Below, piece after piece: positions 24,994 to 34,178 of a stretch of 58,000 bases of DNA; positions within the stretch are counted from its first letter, which is position 1, and each line of letters opens with the position of its first letter. Position numbers and translations under genes: made by a program. Origin of the DNA: Acidimicrobiales bacterium (GTDB lineage Bacteria > Actinomycetota > Acidimicrobiia > Acidimicrobiales > CAIXPF01); NCBI GenBank assembly GCA_046153015.1, contig JBJXGF010000407.1:1-58000 (forward strand), written 5' to 3'. The notes below the pieces were generated by a model. That model saw nothing but the letters and a program-made list of their open reading frames with translations. It was not told the DNA's origin and did no database searches.

Positions 24994-25626
24994 GTGAGCC
25001 TGCCGGCACGCCTCCGCGACTACCGCACCGCCGCGCAGGCGCTCGCCGCCGCCGACGCGGTGATGGCCGAGCTGGTCGCCGCCCACGGCTGGCCGGCGCT
25101 GCGCCGGCCGTCGGGCACCCCGTTCGAGGCGCTGGCCCGGGCCATCGTGTTCCAGCAGCTCGCCGGCGCCGCGGCCACCGCCATCTGGGGGCGGCTGTGC
25201 GCGTTGGCCGGTGAGGGCGAACCGCTCACCCCGGCGGTGGTGCTCGCGGCGAGCGACGAGGCGCTGCGGGCGGTCGGGTTGTCGGCCAACAAGGCCGCGT
25301 CGGTGCGCGACCTCGCGGCCCGCACCGCGCGCGGCGAGCTGCGCCTCGGCCGGCTCGGCGGCGTGGCCGACGAGGAGGTGATCGCCCGGCTGACGACCGT
25401 GCGGGGCATCGGCGTGTGGTCGGCGCAGATGTTCCTGATGTTCCAGCTCCGCCGTCTCGACGTGTGGCCGGTGCTCGATCTGGGCGTGCGCAACGGGTAC
25501 GGCCGCGCCTACGGGCTGGCGGCCCCGCCCACGCCCAAGGAGCTCGAGGTCGTCGGGGAGCGCTTCCGGCCCCATCGCTCGGTGGCGGCGTGGTACTGCT
25601 GGCGGGCGGCCGAGACCGTGCTGTGA
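24994..25626 (+). CDS. HhH-GPD DNA glycosylase (3-methyladenine glycosylase II / AlkA-like)
   Basis: It has a helix-hairpin-helix (LTTVRGIGVWSAQMFLMF) followed by the catalytic Asp region (WPVLDLGV). The GTG at 24994 is the first start in frame. Confidence 0.8.
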   Translation: MSLPARLRDYRTAAQALAAADAVMAELVAAHGWPALRRPSGTPFEALARAIVFQQLAGAAATAIWGRLCALAGEGEPLTPAVVLAASDEALRAVGLSANKAASVRDLAARTARGELRLGRLGGVADEEVIARLTTVRGIGVWSAQMFLMFQLRRLDVWPVLDLGVRNGYGRAYGLAAPPTPKELEVVGERFRPHRSVAAWYCWRAAETVL

Positions 25627-25644
25627 CCCGCCCGGCGAGGCCTT

Positions 25645-26280
25645 TCAGCGGGGGAGGCGCACCACCGTGTCGGCCGCCGGCAGCTCGAGCGTGAGGCGGC
25701 CGCTCTCGAGCAGGGGGCCGAGCCCTCGCGACAGCAGCTCGTGCAGCAGCTCGACCGTGCGCTCCTCGCTCGGCTCGCCGGTGACCAGCCGATCGGACAG
25801 CGCCGCCTCGATGGCGCCGATGGCGGCGCCGAGCGCGGTGCGCGCCTCGGGCGTTGCGCCCCAGGCCGCAGCCAGCGCGTCGAGGCGGGCCCGGCGGGCG
25901 GCGAGCACCGCCGGGTGGCCGTGCGCCGCAGCGATGCCGAGCAACGCCCAGGACCCGGCGCGTTCGCGGGCGTGGCGGGCGCAGACCTCGACCACGGCGA
26001 GGAGCGGGTCGCCGGCGGCCCGCCCCAGCGTGAGCGCCTGGGCCAGCTCGGCGTCGAGCTCGGCGAGGCTGGCCCCGTAGACCGCAGCCAGCAGCCCGCC
26101 CTTGTCGCCGAAGTAGTTGTAGACCAACGCCCGCGACACCCCGGCCTCGGCGGCGATCTCCTCGAAGGTGACCTCGCCCGGGTCGCGACGGGCGAACACC
26201 CGGGCCGCGGCGTCGACGATCTGGGCTCGGCGCTGGTCGGGGGTGAGGCGCCGTCGAGCGCTCCTGCGTATCGCCGCCAT
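25645..26280 (-). CDS. TetR-family transcriptional regulator
   Basis: It has the N-terminal HTH FEEIAAEAGVSRALVYNYFGDKGGLL. Confidence 0.9.
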   Translation of the reverse strand: MAAIRRSARRRLTPDQRRAQIVDAAARVFARRDPGEVTFEEIAAEAGVSRALVYNYFGDKGGLLAAVYGASLAELDAELAQALTLGRAAGDPLLAVVEVCARHARERAGSWALLGIAAAHGHPAVLAARRARLDALAAAWGATPEARTALGAAIGAIEAALSDRLVTGEPSEERTVELLHELLSRGLGPLLESGRLTLELPAADTVVRLPR

Positions 26281-26346
26281 GAGCCGTGCCGTCCCGGTCG
26301 CTCTGCCCGCAGCCCGGCGCTAGCGGCGCTCGGCTCGAGGGCGGCG

Positions 26347-26373
26347 CGCGTTGGCCGCGTTGGCCGCGTGGGC
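26347..26373. repeat. 3 x 9-bp tandem repeat in the TetR upstream region
   Basis: The three units are gcgttggcc, gcgttggcc and gcgtgggcc. Confidence 0.6.
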
Positions 26374-26455
26374 CGCGCCGGCGTCCGCCGGTGAGCCGCT
26401 CGGCCCCAGCACCCCGTTGCCAGTCACCAAGCGCACCCCCGACCACGCTCCAATG

Positions 26456-26477
26456 GCATGTGACCTCTGGCACATGC
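26456..26477. promoter_or_regulatory. candidate operator palindrome (possibly for the adjacent TetR)
   Basis: gcatgtg (26456-26462) pairs with cacatgc (26471-26477), separated by 8 nt. It lies in the divergent region between the TetR gene and the DUF5522-like gene. Confidence 0.3.
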
Positions 26478-26534
26478 TCGCCCCGGCGGACGCTACGAGG
26501 CTCTTGTCACGTTGTCAACTTTGTCGAGCGGCGC

Positions 26535-26804
26535 GTGGGGACGGCGGTCGGCTCGGTAGCGTCGGGGCCCGTGCCCGCACCGACCCGAGCCCACGCGCTG
26601 CTGCGACCGCACTCGGACCGGTTCGACGCATCGGCGCCGGGCGCAGCGGCGACGCTGGCCGCACACGCCGACGCGGTCGCCGCCGGCCGGCCGCTGTACC
26701 GCGACCCGGCCAGCGGCCTGTGGGTGATGACCGCGGCCGAGCTCATCCGGCGGGGGTGGTGCTGTGAGAACGGTTGCCGGCACTGCCCCTACGTGGGGGC
26801 GTGA
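26535..26804 (+). CDS. DUF5522-like small Cys-rich protein
   Basis: It has the C-terminal signature YRDPASGLWVMTAAELIRRGWCCENGCRHCPY. The start is uncertain (GTG at 26535 or 26571). Confidence 0.6.
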   Translation: MGTAVGSVASGPVPAPTRAHALLRPHSDRFDASAPGAAATLAAHADAVAAGRPLYRDPASGLWVMTAAELIRRGWCCENGCRHCPYVGA

Positions 26805-26809
26805 ACGCG

Positions 26810-26850
26810 CCGGATCCCGGCGCCGCTGCGCTGAGCGGGCCGGGATCCGG
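26810..26850. terminator. hairpin between convergent genes
   Basis: The 11-bp perfect stem is ccggatcccgg (26810-26820) with ccgggatccgg (26840-26850), around a 19-nt loop. Confidence 0.4.
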
Positions 26851-26869
26851 GCAGGTCGGACGGCGACGG

Positions 26870-28219
26870 TCAGACGGAGCTAGCCGCGCCGAGCTTGATC
26901 GTCTCGAGCACGCTGCGGTCCACCACCGGCTCGCGCTGGCTGCCGGCGACGTACTTACGCGACATCGGCGCCCGCTGGAAGGGATCGGTCAGGCCGATCT
27001 CGTTGCCCCATTCACGAATGGCCGGCATGACCTCGTTGGCGATGAGGCGGATGCTGGTCATGCGGTCCTCCGGCTCCACCGGGCCCTGCACCGAGAAGAA
27101 CACGAAGATCGAGGGGCGGATCACCGAGAGGATGGCCTTGGCCTTCTCGATCACCTGGTCCGGCGTGCCGATGAGGAGCTGGTAGGCGTTCTGGGCCTTC
27201 TCATAGCCCGAGAGCAGCTTGCCCCGAACGTCATCGAAGTTGACCTGCTCCTCGACGTCCTTGCCCTGCGCAGAGCTCATGAGCTTGTCGCGGTTGACGC
27301 CGAGCCAGCTGCCGCCCGGCTGCTTGGCGAGGCGCTGGATCGCGGCGCGCGAGTTGTAGCCCGGGGGCAGGGTGTGCTCGGGGCGGGAGAACGCGTTCTG
27401 CCCGCCGCCGTAGACGAAGCCCCGACCGAGCTCCTGCGCCTTCTCCTCGGTCTCGGCCACGAAGGTCGGGATGAGGTAGCCGAAGTTCTCCGGACCGGCC
27501 TGGTAGCCGAGCTTGGCCGCGGTGTCGGCGTAGATGTCCCACATGTCGCACGTGGCGCCCAGATGGGTGCCCAGGCCGAGGTAGGGGTAGCCGTGCTCGG
27601 CGCACCACACGATGGTCTCGGGCGACAGCACGCCGGGGATCCACATCGGCGGGTGCGGCTTCTGGTACGGCAGCGCCCACGGGTTCACGTGGCGATAGTG
27701 GAAGTGCTTGCCCTCGTACCGCCACGGGCCGGGACGAGTCCACGCCTCGACGATGAAGTCGTGCGCCTCGTTGAACAGCTCCCGGTTGTAGGCCGGGTTG
27801 GCGTTGTTGAAGTACTGCTCCGAGCCGGCGCCGCGCACCCAGCCGGTGACCAGGCGGCCCCGGGAGATGCAGTCGATCGTGGCCAGCTCCTCGGCCATGC
27901 GCAGCGGGTGCTTGATGACCGGCAGCGGGTTGCCGATCAAGACGATACGGGCGCGCTTGGTCTGGCGGGCGAGGATCGCCGCCTCGACGTTCATCACGTT
28001 GCCCATGCAGAACGGGTTGCCGTGATGCTCGTTGAGCGCGATGGCGTCGAAGCCGAGCTCCTCGCAGTAGATCGCCTCGTCGAGGTAGTAATTGAAGTTG
28101 TCGGCGCCGACCTTCTCGTCGAAATAGCTGTTGGAGACGGCGAAGAAGGCCTTGTTCTTGAGGACGACGTCCTCGGGTACCTGGCGGTACGGCCGTTCGG
28201 TGAAATGCGCGATCTGCAT
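26870..28219 (-). CDS. LLM-class (luciferase-like) flavin-dependent oxidoreductase
   Basis: 449 aa from the ATG at 28219, with a TIM-barrel LLM pattern (ALNEHHGNPF..., IVLIGNPLP..., RLVTGWVRG). Confidence 0.8.
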   Translation of the reverse strand: MQIAHFTERPYRQVPEDVVLKNKAFFAVSNSYFDEKVGADNFNYYLDEAIYCEELGFDAIALNEHHGNPFCMGNVMNVEAAILARQTKRARIVLIGNPLPVIKHPLRMAEELATIDCISRGRLVTGWVRGAGSEQYFNNANPAYNRELFNEAHDFIVEAWTRPGPWRYEGKHFHYRHVNPWALPYQKPHPPMWIPGVLSPETIVWCAEHGYPYLGLGTHLGATCDMWDIYADTAAKLGYQAGPENFGYLIPTFVAETEEKAQELGRGFVYGGGQNAFSRPEHTLPPGYNSRAAIQRLAKQPGGSWLGVNRDKLMSSAQGKDVEEQVNFDDVRGKLLSGYEKAQNAYQLLIGTPDQVIEKAKAILSVIRPSIFVFFSVQGPVEPEDRMTSIRLIANEVMPAIREWGNEIGLTDPFQRAPMSRKYVAGSQREPVVDRSVLETIKLGAASSV

Positions 28220-28250
28220 GTGCTGCCTCTGCTCCCTTACGTCCTCGACA

Positions 28251-29063
28251 TCAACCCAGGAACTTCGTGACCGCAGCCACGAACTTGTCGGTGTTCTCGA
28301 TCTCGGGCCGGTGCCCTGCACCTTCGATCTCGGCTACCTCGGCGTGCGGGATGGCCTTACGATACGCCTCGATGCAGCCGTACGGCGTGTAGGTGTCGGC
28401 CGTGCCCCACACGAGCAGCGTCGGCGTGGTGATCCCGCCGAGCAGGTGCGGCAGGCTCGGGTTGAACATGAACGGCTCCCAGCCGATCCGGCTGGTCTCG
28501 GTGCGGGCGTCCTCGAACATCTCGAACTGCTCGGGGGTCATCTCGCCGCCGTAGATCTTCCCGAAGAGGGGGGTCTCCCAGTTGGCGACCGTGGCCCGCA
28601 GATGGGTGCGGATGGTGAGCGCCAGGAAGTCGGTGATCTCGCCCTCGGTCGGGCGCAGGCCCATCGGGCCGGTGAGCACGACCTTGGAGAACACGTCGGG
28701 GTCGGCGGCCAGCATCTCCGCGGCGGCGAACGCGCCGCCGGAGAAGCCCATGCCGACTGCGCCGCTCACGTTCATCGCCCGCAGCATCTGGGCGTAGAAG
28801 CCGCCGAGGTCGCGGTAGCTCATGATCCAGTCGACCTTCGGGGTCTTCCCGTAGGCCGGCTGCAGCGGGATGATGAACTCGTAGTTCTTCGCGAGCTCGT
28901 CGTTCCACGGCATCCAGCCCGGGTAGCCGAGCTCATCGTGGAGCATCAGCAGCGGCTTCCCCGTTCCGCCGCGCAGCACGGTGACATCGACGCCGCCGAC
29001 ATTGACAGTCGTTTCGACAGGTTCGGCCAAGTGCCTCGCCCCCTTCACGTCGTGGCGCCGCAC
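28251..29063 (-). CDS. alpha/beta hydrolase (C-C hydrolase / esterase-like)
   Basis: It has LMLHD, the nucleophile elbow GFSGGA and a C-terminal GAGHRPE. The start is uncertain: GTG at 29063, GTG at 29048, or TTG at 29030 preceded by aaggggg. Confidence 0.8.
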   Translation of the reverse strand: MRRHDVKGARHLAEPVETTVNVGGVDVTVLRGGTGKPLLMLHDELGYPGWMPWNDELAKNYEFIIPLQPAYGKTPKVDWIMSYRDLGGFYAQMLRAMNVSGAVGMGFSGGAFAAAEMLAADPDVFSKVVLTGPMGLRPTEGEITDFLALTIRTHLRATVANWETPLFGKIYGGEMTPEQFEMFEDARTETSRIGWEPFMFNPSLPHLLGGITTPTLLVWGTADTYTPYGCIEAYRKAIPHAEVAEIEGAGHRPEIENTDKFVAAVTKFLG

Positions 29064-29291
29064 CCGGTGGCGGAACGGCCGACCAATGAGGACGGACCGC
29101 AGCCAGCGGGCCGGTCGCCGGACCCCTGGACAGGCGGCCCAACCTAGTCAGGACAGGCGTCCCGCCGCCATTTCCCCATGCGGCGCCGGTCCGGGACTTT
29201 TGTCACAATCTGGCGATCGGCGCGCACCGCACCCGGCTGCGCCCACCGAGCCGAGATAGACCACGACAGACCACCACAGGGGGGATCATCC

Positions 29292-30509
29292 ATGCCTGGA
29301 CCGCTGGAGGGCATCAAGGTCATCGAGTGCAACCGGGTCGCCCCGGGTTCGCTCACCACCGTCCTGCTCGCCGACATGGGGGCCGACGTGATCCGCGTGG
29401 TGGAGCCCACCTCGGCCAACCCCGACCTCACCGACCAGGGCGGCGGCGCCAAGGCCGCCGAGCAGCGCCGCCGGCGCGCCGGGTTCTGGGTGGACCGCAA
29501 CAAGCGCAGCCTCAGCCTGGACCTGAAGAAGCCCGAGGCCCAGGAGGTGCTGCGCAAGCTGGCCGCCGAGGCCGACGTGCTGGTGGAGGGGTTCCGTCCG
29601 GGCGTGATGAAGCGCCTCGGGGCCGACTACGCCACGCTGGCCGCGCTGAACCCGCGGTTGATCTACTGCTCGCTGTCGGGCTTCGGCCAGGACGGCCCGT
29701 ACCGGGACTTCCCCGCCCACGACATCAACTACCTGTCGCTGGCGGGGGTGCTCGGCCAGCTCGGCCAGCCCGACGAGCCGCCGACGATCCCGCTCAACCT
29801 CGTGGCCGACTACGCCGGCGCGTCGATGCACGGCGCGCTGGGCGTGATGTTCGCCCTCTTCGCCCGGGAGCGGACGGGCAAGGGCCAACTCGTCGACGTG
29901 GCGTACCTCGACGCCACGATCTCGCTGTTGTCGGCGGTGCCCTCGTTCATGGCGTACTTCGCCGGGGCGCCCGAGCCGCGTCGCGGCGTCGGCACCTTCG
30001 ACGGCAGCCGGCCCTACTACACCACCTACGAGTGCGGCGACGGCAAGCTCCTCTCGATCGGCTCGACCGAACCGCACCTCTGGTACAACTTCTGCGACGC
30101 GGTGGGCCGGGAGGATCTGAAGGCCGCCGCCCTTGGCCCCGGCGAGGCGCTGCGAGGCCCGCGCCCCGAGCAGGTCGAGGCCAAGCGGGAGGTCGAGGCG
30201 CTGCTGCGCACCAAGCCCCGCGACGAGTGGTTCGACATCCTCACCAAGGCCGACGTGTGCGTGGGCAAGGTCTACGAGCCCCACGAGGTGTTCGAGGACC
30301 CGCAGGTGCGACACCGTTCGATGGCCGTGGAGCTCGACCTCGACGGGGCCACCGCGCTGAACCCGGGCGTGGCGATCAAGCTCTCCGACACGCCCGGCGA
30401 GGTGCGCTTCCCGACCCCGCTCTCGGGAGCCCACACCGACGAGATCCTCGGCGAGCTCGGGTACTCGGGCGACCAGATCGGCGCCCTGCGCGCCGCCGGC
30501 GCCGTCTAG
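29292..30509 (+). CDS. family III CoA-transferase (CaiB/BaiF; alpha-methylacyl-CoA racemase-like), copy 2
   Basis: MPGPLEGIKVIECNRVAPGSLTTVLLADMGADVIRVVEP has an N-terminus very like the MCR/AMACR type. The ATG is at 29292. Confidence 0.85.
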   Translation: MPGPLEGIKVIECNRVAPGSLTTVLLADMGADVIRVVEPTSANPDLTDQGGGAKAAEQRRRRAGFWVDRNKRSLSLDLKKPEAQEVLRKLAAEADVLVEGFRPGVMKRLGADYATLAALNPRLIYCSLSGFGQDGPYRDFPAHDINYLSLAGVLGQLGQPDEPPTIPLNLVADYAGASMHGALGVMFALFARERTGKGQLVDVAYLDATISLLSAVPSFMAYFAGAPEPRRGVGTFDGSRPYYTTYECGDGKLLSIGSTEPHLWYNFCDAVGREDLKAAALGPGEALRGPRPEQVEAKREVEALLRTKPRDEWFDILTKADVCVGKVYEPHEVFEDPQVRHRSMAVELDLDGATALNPGVAIKLSDTPGEVRFPTPLSGAHTDEILGELGYSGDQIGALRAAGAV

Positions 30510-30516
30510 GCGCCTG

Positions 30517-31452
30517 GTGAGCCGGCCGGCGGCGGGCGCAGTTCGTCCGTTGGGCGCGGCGGCCGCGTTCGCCGCGTTGGTGTTCTGGGGCGGCCAGGCC
30601 GTGATCGCGAAGGGGGTCGACCTCGACCCCCTTCCGCTCGTGCTCTACCGGATCTGGCTGGCCGCCGCCTGGACCGTGCTGTTCCTGCGCCTCACGGGCG
30701 GGAAGCTCTCCCGCCGGGTGCTGCGCATCTGCCTCTGGGGCGGGGTGGCCTTCGGCGCCGACCTCATCCTGTTCTTCACCGCGCTCAAGCACACGACGGT
30801 GGCGAACACCACCGTGATCGCCTCGATGCAGCCGGTGCTGCTCGTGTTCGCCGCTCCGCGCCTGTTCGGCGAGCGGATCCGCCTCCCCGACCTGGCGTGG
30901 GCCGCCGTGGCGATCGCCGGCGTGGCCGCGGTGGTCTTCGGCTCACGGGACGCGTCGCCCGAATGGAGCCCCAGCGGAGATCTGTGGGCGGTGGCCACCT
31001 TGTTCGCGTGGACGGGCTATTTCGTGGCCTCGAAGCTGGCCCGCGCCGAGGTGTCGGCGGCGGAGTTCACCGCCGCGGCCTCGGTCGTGGCCGCGGTGTT
31101 CGTGACCCCGTTCGTGCTCGCATCCGGACAGGACCTCGGCCCGCCGACGGCGGACCAGTGGTTCTGGATCACGATGATGGCGATCGGCCCCGGCTGGGCG
31201 GGCCACTACCTGATGAACTGGGCGCTCGGGCACATCCCGATCTGGTTGGGCGGCGTCGCCGCGCTCGCCTCACCGGTGGTGTCGGCGGTGATGGCCTGGA
31301 TCTTCCTCGACGAGGCCCTGGTGGGCGCGCAGCTCGTCGGCATGGGCATCACGCTCGGGGCGCTGACCGCGATCACCCTGCGGGCGCAGGCCGCGCCGGC
31401 GCCAGCTTCGGCGCAGCCCGACCCCGCCGCTGACCCCGCTGGCGCCGCCTAA
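30517..31452 (+). CDS. DMT-superfamily (EamA-type) transporter
   Basis: It has about 10 predicted hydrophobic helices in two EamA-like halves. The start is approximate. Confidence 0.75.
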   Translation: MSRPAAGAVRPLGAAAAFAALVFWGGQAVIAKGVDLDPLPLVLYRIWLAAAWTVLFLRLTGGKLSRRVLRICLWGGVAFGADLILFFTALKHTTVANTTVIASMQPVLLVFAAPRLFGERIRLPDLAWAAVAIAGVAAVVFGSRDASPEWSPSGDLWAVATLFAWTGYFVASKLARAEVSAAEFTAAASVVAAVFVTPFVLASGQDLGPPTADQWFWITMMAIGPGWAGHYLMNWALGHIPIWLGGVAALASPVVSAVMAWIFLDEALVGAQLVGMGITLGALTAITLRAQAAPAPASAQPDPAADPAGAA

Positions 31453-31523
31453 CCGGGCGAACGAGCAACGACGATAGGGTCGGAGCCGGGATCGCGTCGC
31501 GAGGCGCAGGGGAGGGCGGGCAC

Positions 31524-32258
31524 ATGCCGTTTTGCACATCGCTGGCCGTGCGGCACCTCGACGGGAAGGCGTGGCAGCTCACCTCGCCGCTCGTGTGGGA
31601 AGGCGGCGAGCAGCTCTACGTGATCCGCAGCGGCTTCGAGACCGACTTCGCCTCGATCCCCAAGCCGATGCGGTGGCTGCTCGACAACGCCGGCGCCAAC
31701 AGCGAGGCGGCGGTGCTGCACGACGCGGTGTGGCGGGAGTCGAAGCGGCCCGACAGGCCCCGGGTCGACCCCGCCGACGCCGACGGCATGTTTCGCCGAG
31801 CCCTGCGCGAGACCGGCGCCACCGCGCTCACCCGGGGGCTGATGTGGTTCGGGGTGCGGGCCGCGGCGATCGTGAAGGGCCGCTACGGGGCCGCCGGGCC
31901 GCCGCGGGTCACCAAGCTGGCGCAGCTCACCGGCATGGGGGTCCTCGGGTTGGTGACCGCGGGCGTTCCCACGGTCATCGCCGCCGTGGGCCTCGTGCTG
32001 TTCTGGCCGTGGAACTGGCTCGTGGCGCTGGTGTGGCGGGGCTACGAGAAGCGGCGCTTCCCGGGCTTCGCCGGCAACTGGCCCTGGCCCAGCGCCGCCC
32101 GCTCCACCCGCAGGTACCCGCCGCTGGAGGAGCGGCTGGTGATCCTGCCGTTGGCGTCGGAGCAGGCGGCGCAGGTCATTCAGGCGATCGTCGACCGCAT
32201 GATCGACGACGAGGCCCTCGACCCGATCCTGGGCGAGGGCGTTCGGTCGTCCCGCTAG
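31524..32258 (+). CDS. DUF1353-domain protein with C-terminal transmembrane segments
   Basis: It has the DUF1353 core IRSGFETDFASIPKPMRWLL...EAAVLHDAVW and the hydrophobic stretch LTGMGVLGLVTAGVPTVIAAVGLVLFWPW. The RBS is ggggaggg. Confidence 0.7.
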   Translation: MPFCTSLAVRHLDGKAWQLTSPLVWEGGEQLYVIRSGFETDFASIPKPMRWLLDNAGANSEAAVLHDAVWRESKRPDRPRVDPADADGMFRRALRETGATALTRGLMWFGVRAAAIVKGRYGAAGPPRVTKLAQLTGMGVLGLVTAGVPTVIAAVGLVLFWPWNWLVALVWRGYEKRRFPGFAGNWPWPSAARSTRRYPPLEERLVILPLASEQAAQVIQAIVDRMIDDEALDPILGEGVRSSR

Positions 32259-33964
32259 CGGCGGGCCAGGGGGCCGCGCAGCAGTTGGCCGGGGGCGGCG
32301 CCGGTGGGCTCGCCGTCGCGCAGCAGCACCTCGCCGTTGACCACCGTGGCCTTGAACCCCACGGCCTTCTGCACCAGGCGGCGGCTCCCGCCGGGCAGGT
32401 CGTGGCGCACCGTCGGCATGGCCGGCGCCACCCGCTCGGGGTCGAACACGTTGAGGTCGGCGGCCATGCCGACCCGCAGCAGCCCGCGGTCCTGGAACCC
32501 CCAGGCGCTGGCCGGCTCCAGCGTGAGCATCCGGACCGCCTCCTCCAAGCTGAACGCTTGGCGGTCCCGCACCCAGTGCGAGAGCAGGTGGGTCTGGATC
32601 GAGCTGTCCATGATCTGGCTCACGTGGGCGCCGGAGTCCGAGAACGTGACCACCGTGCGCGGGTGGCGCATCGTGGCCAAGAGGGCGTCCTGGTTCCAGT
32701 TGGCGATGACCTGCATGAACAGCTGGTCGAAATCGCTGTTCACGGCCAGGTCGATCATCAGCTCGACCGGGTCGAGACCACGCTCGGCGGCGACCTCGGC
32801 GACCGAACGCCACGGCGGGGTGGTGCGGTCCATGATCATGATCTCGTCGTAGCGGGGGGCGCGGGTCTCGGCGCCGATGCCCCGCCCGTACTGGCCCTCG
32901 TGCGCGGCCTTCACCAGCCAGGCCCGGGTCTCCGGGTCGGTGAACGCCCGCTTCTGGTCCTCCAGCGGCCGGCCTCGCACCTCGGCCCACTCGGCCAGCC
33001 CGTCGAAGGGCAGGCGGGTCTTCCACGAGAGCAGCACCGAGAACTCCCGGGCGTGGGCCTGGCCGAACATGCGCCCGCCGGCCGCGGCGGTCTCGTCGAT
33101 CAGGTCGAGCAGCCATTGGGAATCGGACCCGTCGGGCCGGGTGACGATCACGCCGAAGGTCACCGGGCGGCCCGTCTCGACCGCAAGGTCGCGGATGCGC
33201 CCGAAGTACTCGCCGCGCACCTCGGGGTCGCGGGTGCGGGCGGCCTGCTCGCTGGCGATCTCGAAGATGCCGGCGCCGAGGTCGCCCATGACCCCGACGA
33301 GGGCGCGCACCTCGTCCCAGGCGGCCAGGCGGCTGGCGACGGGGCGGTCGTCGGAGGTGGCGTGGTTGATCGTGCGGGAGGTCGAGAAGCCGATCGCGCC
33401 GGCCCGCAGCGAGTCGCGGAGCTCACGGGCCATGACGGCCAGGTCGTCGGGCGTGGCCTCGGCTTCGAAGGCGCGCTCGCCCATGGCGAAGGTCCGCAGC
33501 GCGGAGTGGCCCACGTAGCCGGCGTAGTTGATGCCCTTCGGCACCCGCTCCAGGGTGTCGAGGTACTCGGGGAAGGTCTCCCAGCTCCAGGTGATGCCCT
33601 GGGCCATCGCCTCGGCCGAGATGTCCTCCGCCCGTTCGAGGTTGCGCACCACGAGCGGGCGCTCATGGGAGCGGGCCGGGGCCAGCGTGAAGCCGCAGTT
33701 GCCCATGACCACGCTGGTGACGCCGTGGTACACCGAGCACTCGCCGAGGCCGTCCCACATGATCTGGGCGTCCATGTGGGTGTGGCCGTCGACGAAGCCG
33801 GGGGTGACCACGTGGCCCTCGGCGTCGATCTCCTGGCGGCCCTTGTCGCTGATGCGGCCGAGCGCGGCGATGCGCCCATGGCGCACGCCCACATCGGCCC
33901 GCCAGCGGGGCAGGCCGGTCCCGTCGATCACGACGCCGTTGCGGATGACCAGGTCGTACTGCAT
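32255..33964 (-). CDS. N-acyl-D-amino-acid deacylase (D-aminoacylase) family amidohydrolase
   Basis: It has MQYDLVIRNGVVIDGTG...GRI and the metal motif PGFVDGHTHMD. The 569-aa length is typical of the family. Confidence 0.85.
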   Translation of the reverse strand: MQYDLVIRNGVVIDGTGLPRWRADVGVRHGRIAALGRISDKGRQEIDAEGHVVTPGFVDGHTHMDAQIMWDGLGECSVYHGVTSVVMGNCGFTLAPARSHERPLVVRNLERAEDISAEAMAQGITWSWETFPEYLDTLERVPKGINYAGYVGHSALRTFAMGERAFEAEATPDDLAVMARELRDSLRAGAIGFSTSRTINHATSDDRPVASRLAAWDEVRALVGVMGDLGAGIFEIASEQAARTRDPEVRGEYFGRIRDLAVETGRPVTFGVIVTRPDGSDSQWLLDLIDETAAAGGRMFGQAHAREFSVLLSWKTRLPFDGLAEWAEVRGRPLEDQKRAFTDPETRAWLVKAAHEGQYGRGIGAETRAPRYDEIMIMDRTTPPWRSVAEVAAERGLDPVELMIDLAVNSDFDQLFMQVIANWNQDALLATMRHPRTVVTFSDSGAHVSQIMDSSIQTHLLSHWVRDRQAFSLEEAVRMLTLEPASAWGFQDRGLLRVGMAADLNVFDPERVAPAMPTVRHDLPGGSRRLVQKAVGFKATVVNGEVLLRDGEPTGAAPGQLLRGPLARR

Positions 33965-34046
33965 GCAACCCCCCTGCGCTCTGCCGGTTCGCCGGCGGCC
34001 ACCACGTTACGGCGCCAAGCTCGGGTGGGGGAGGGCGGCGCAGGTG

Positions 34047-34178
34047 ACGGTGAGCGGAGCGAACCGCCCGAGCGGCGGAGAGCGGGAGACACGGTGAGCG
34101 GAGCGAACCGCCCGAGCGGCGGAGAGCGGGAGACACGGTGAGCGGAGCGAACCGCCCGAGCGGCGGAGAGCGGGCAGA
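34047..34178 (+). repeat. 44-bp tandem repeat, about 2.9 copies (VNTR/MIRU-like)
   Basis: The unit is acggtgagcggagcgaaccgcccgagcggcggagagcgggagac. Copies at 34047-34090 and 34091-34134 are identical. The third copy (from 34135) is identical for 40 nt and runs into the CoA-transferase coding sequence. Confidence 0.95.
34050..34141 (+). promoter_or_regulatory. two chained 15-codon uORFs created by the 44-bp repeat
   Basis: The uORFs run from GTG 34050 to TGA 34095-34097 and from GTG 34094 to TGA 34139-34141. Both encode (M)SGANRPSGGERETR. Each stop overlaps the next GTG (GTGA). GGGAG lies 5 nt upstream of the second and third GTG. Confidence 0.4.

Noticed and set aside
34047-34178. Considered whether the 44-bp repeats are a small CRISPR array.
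   Set aside because: The copies are directly head-to-tail with no spacers, no cas genes are nearby, and the last copy is part of a coding sequence.
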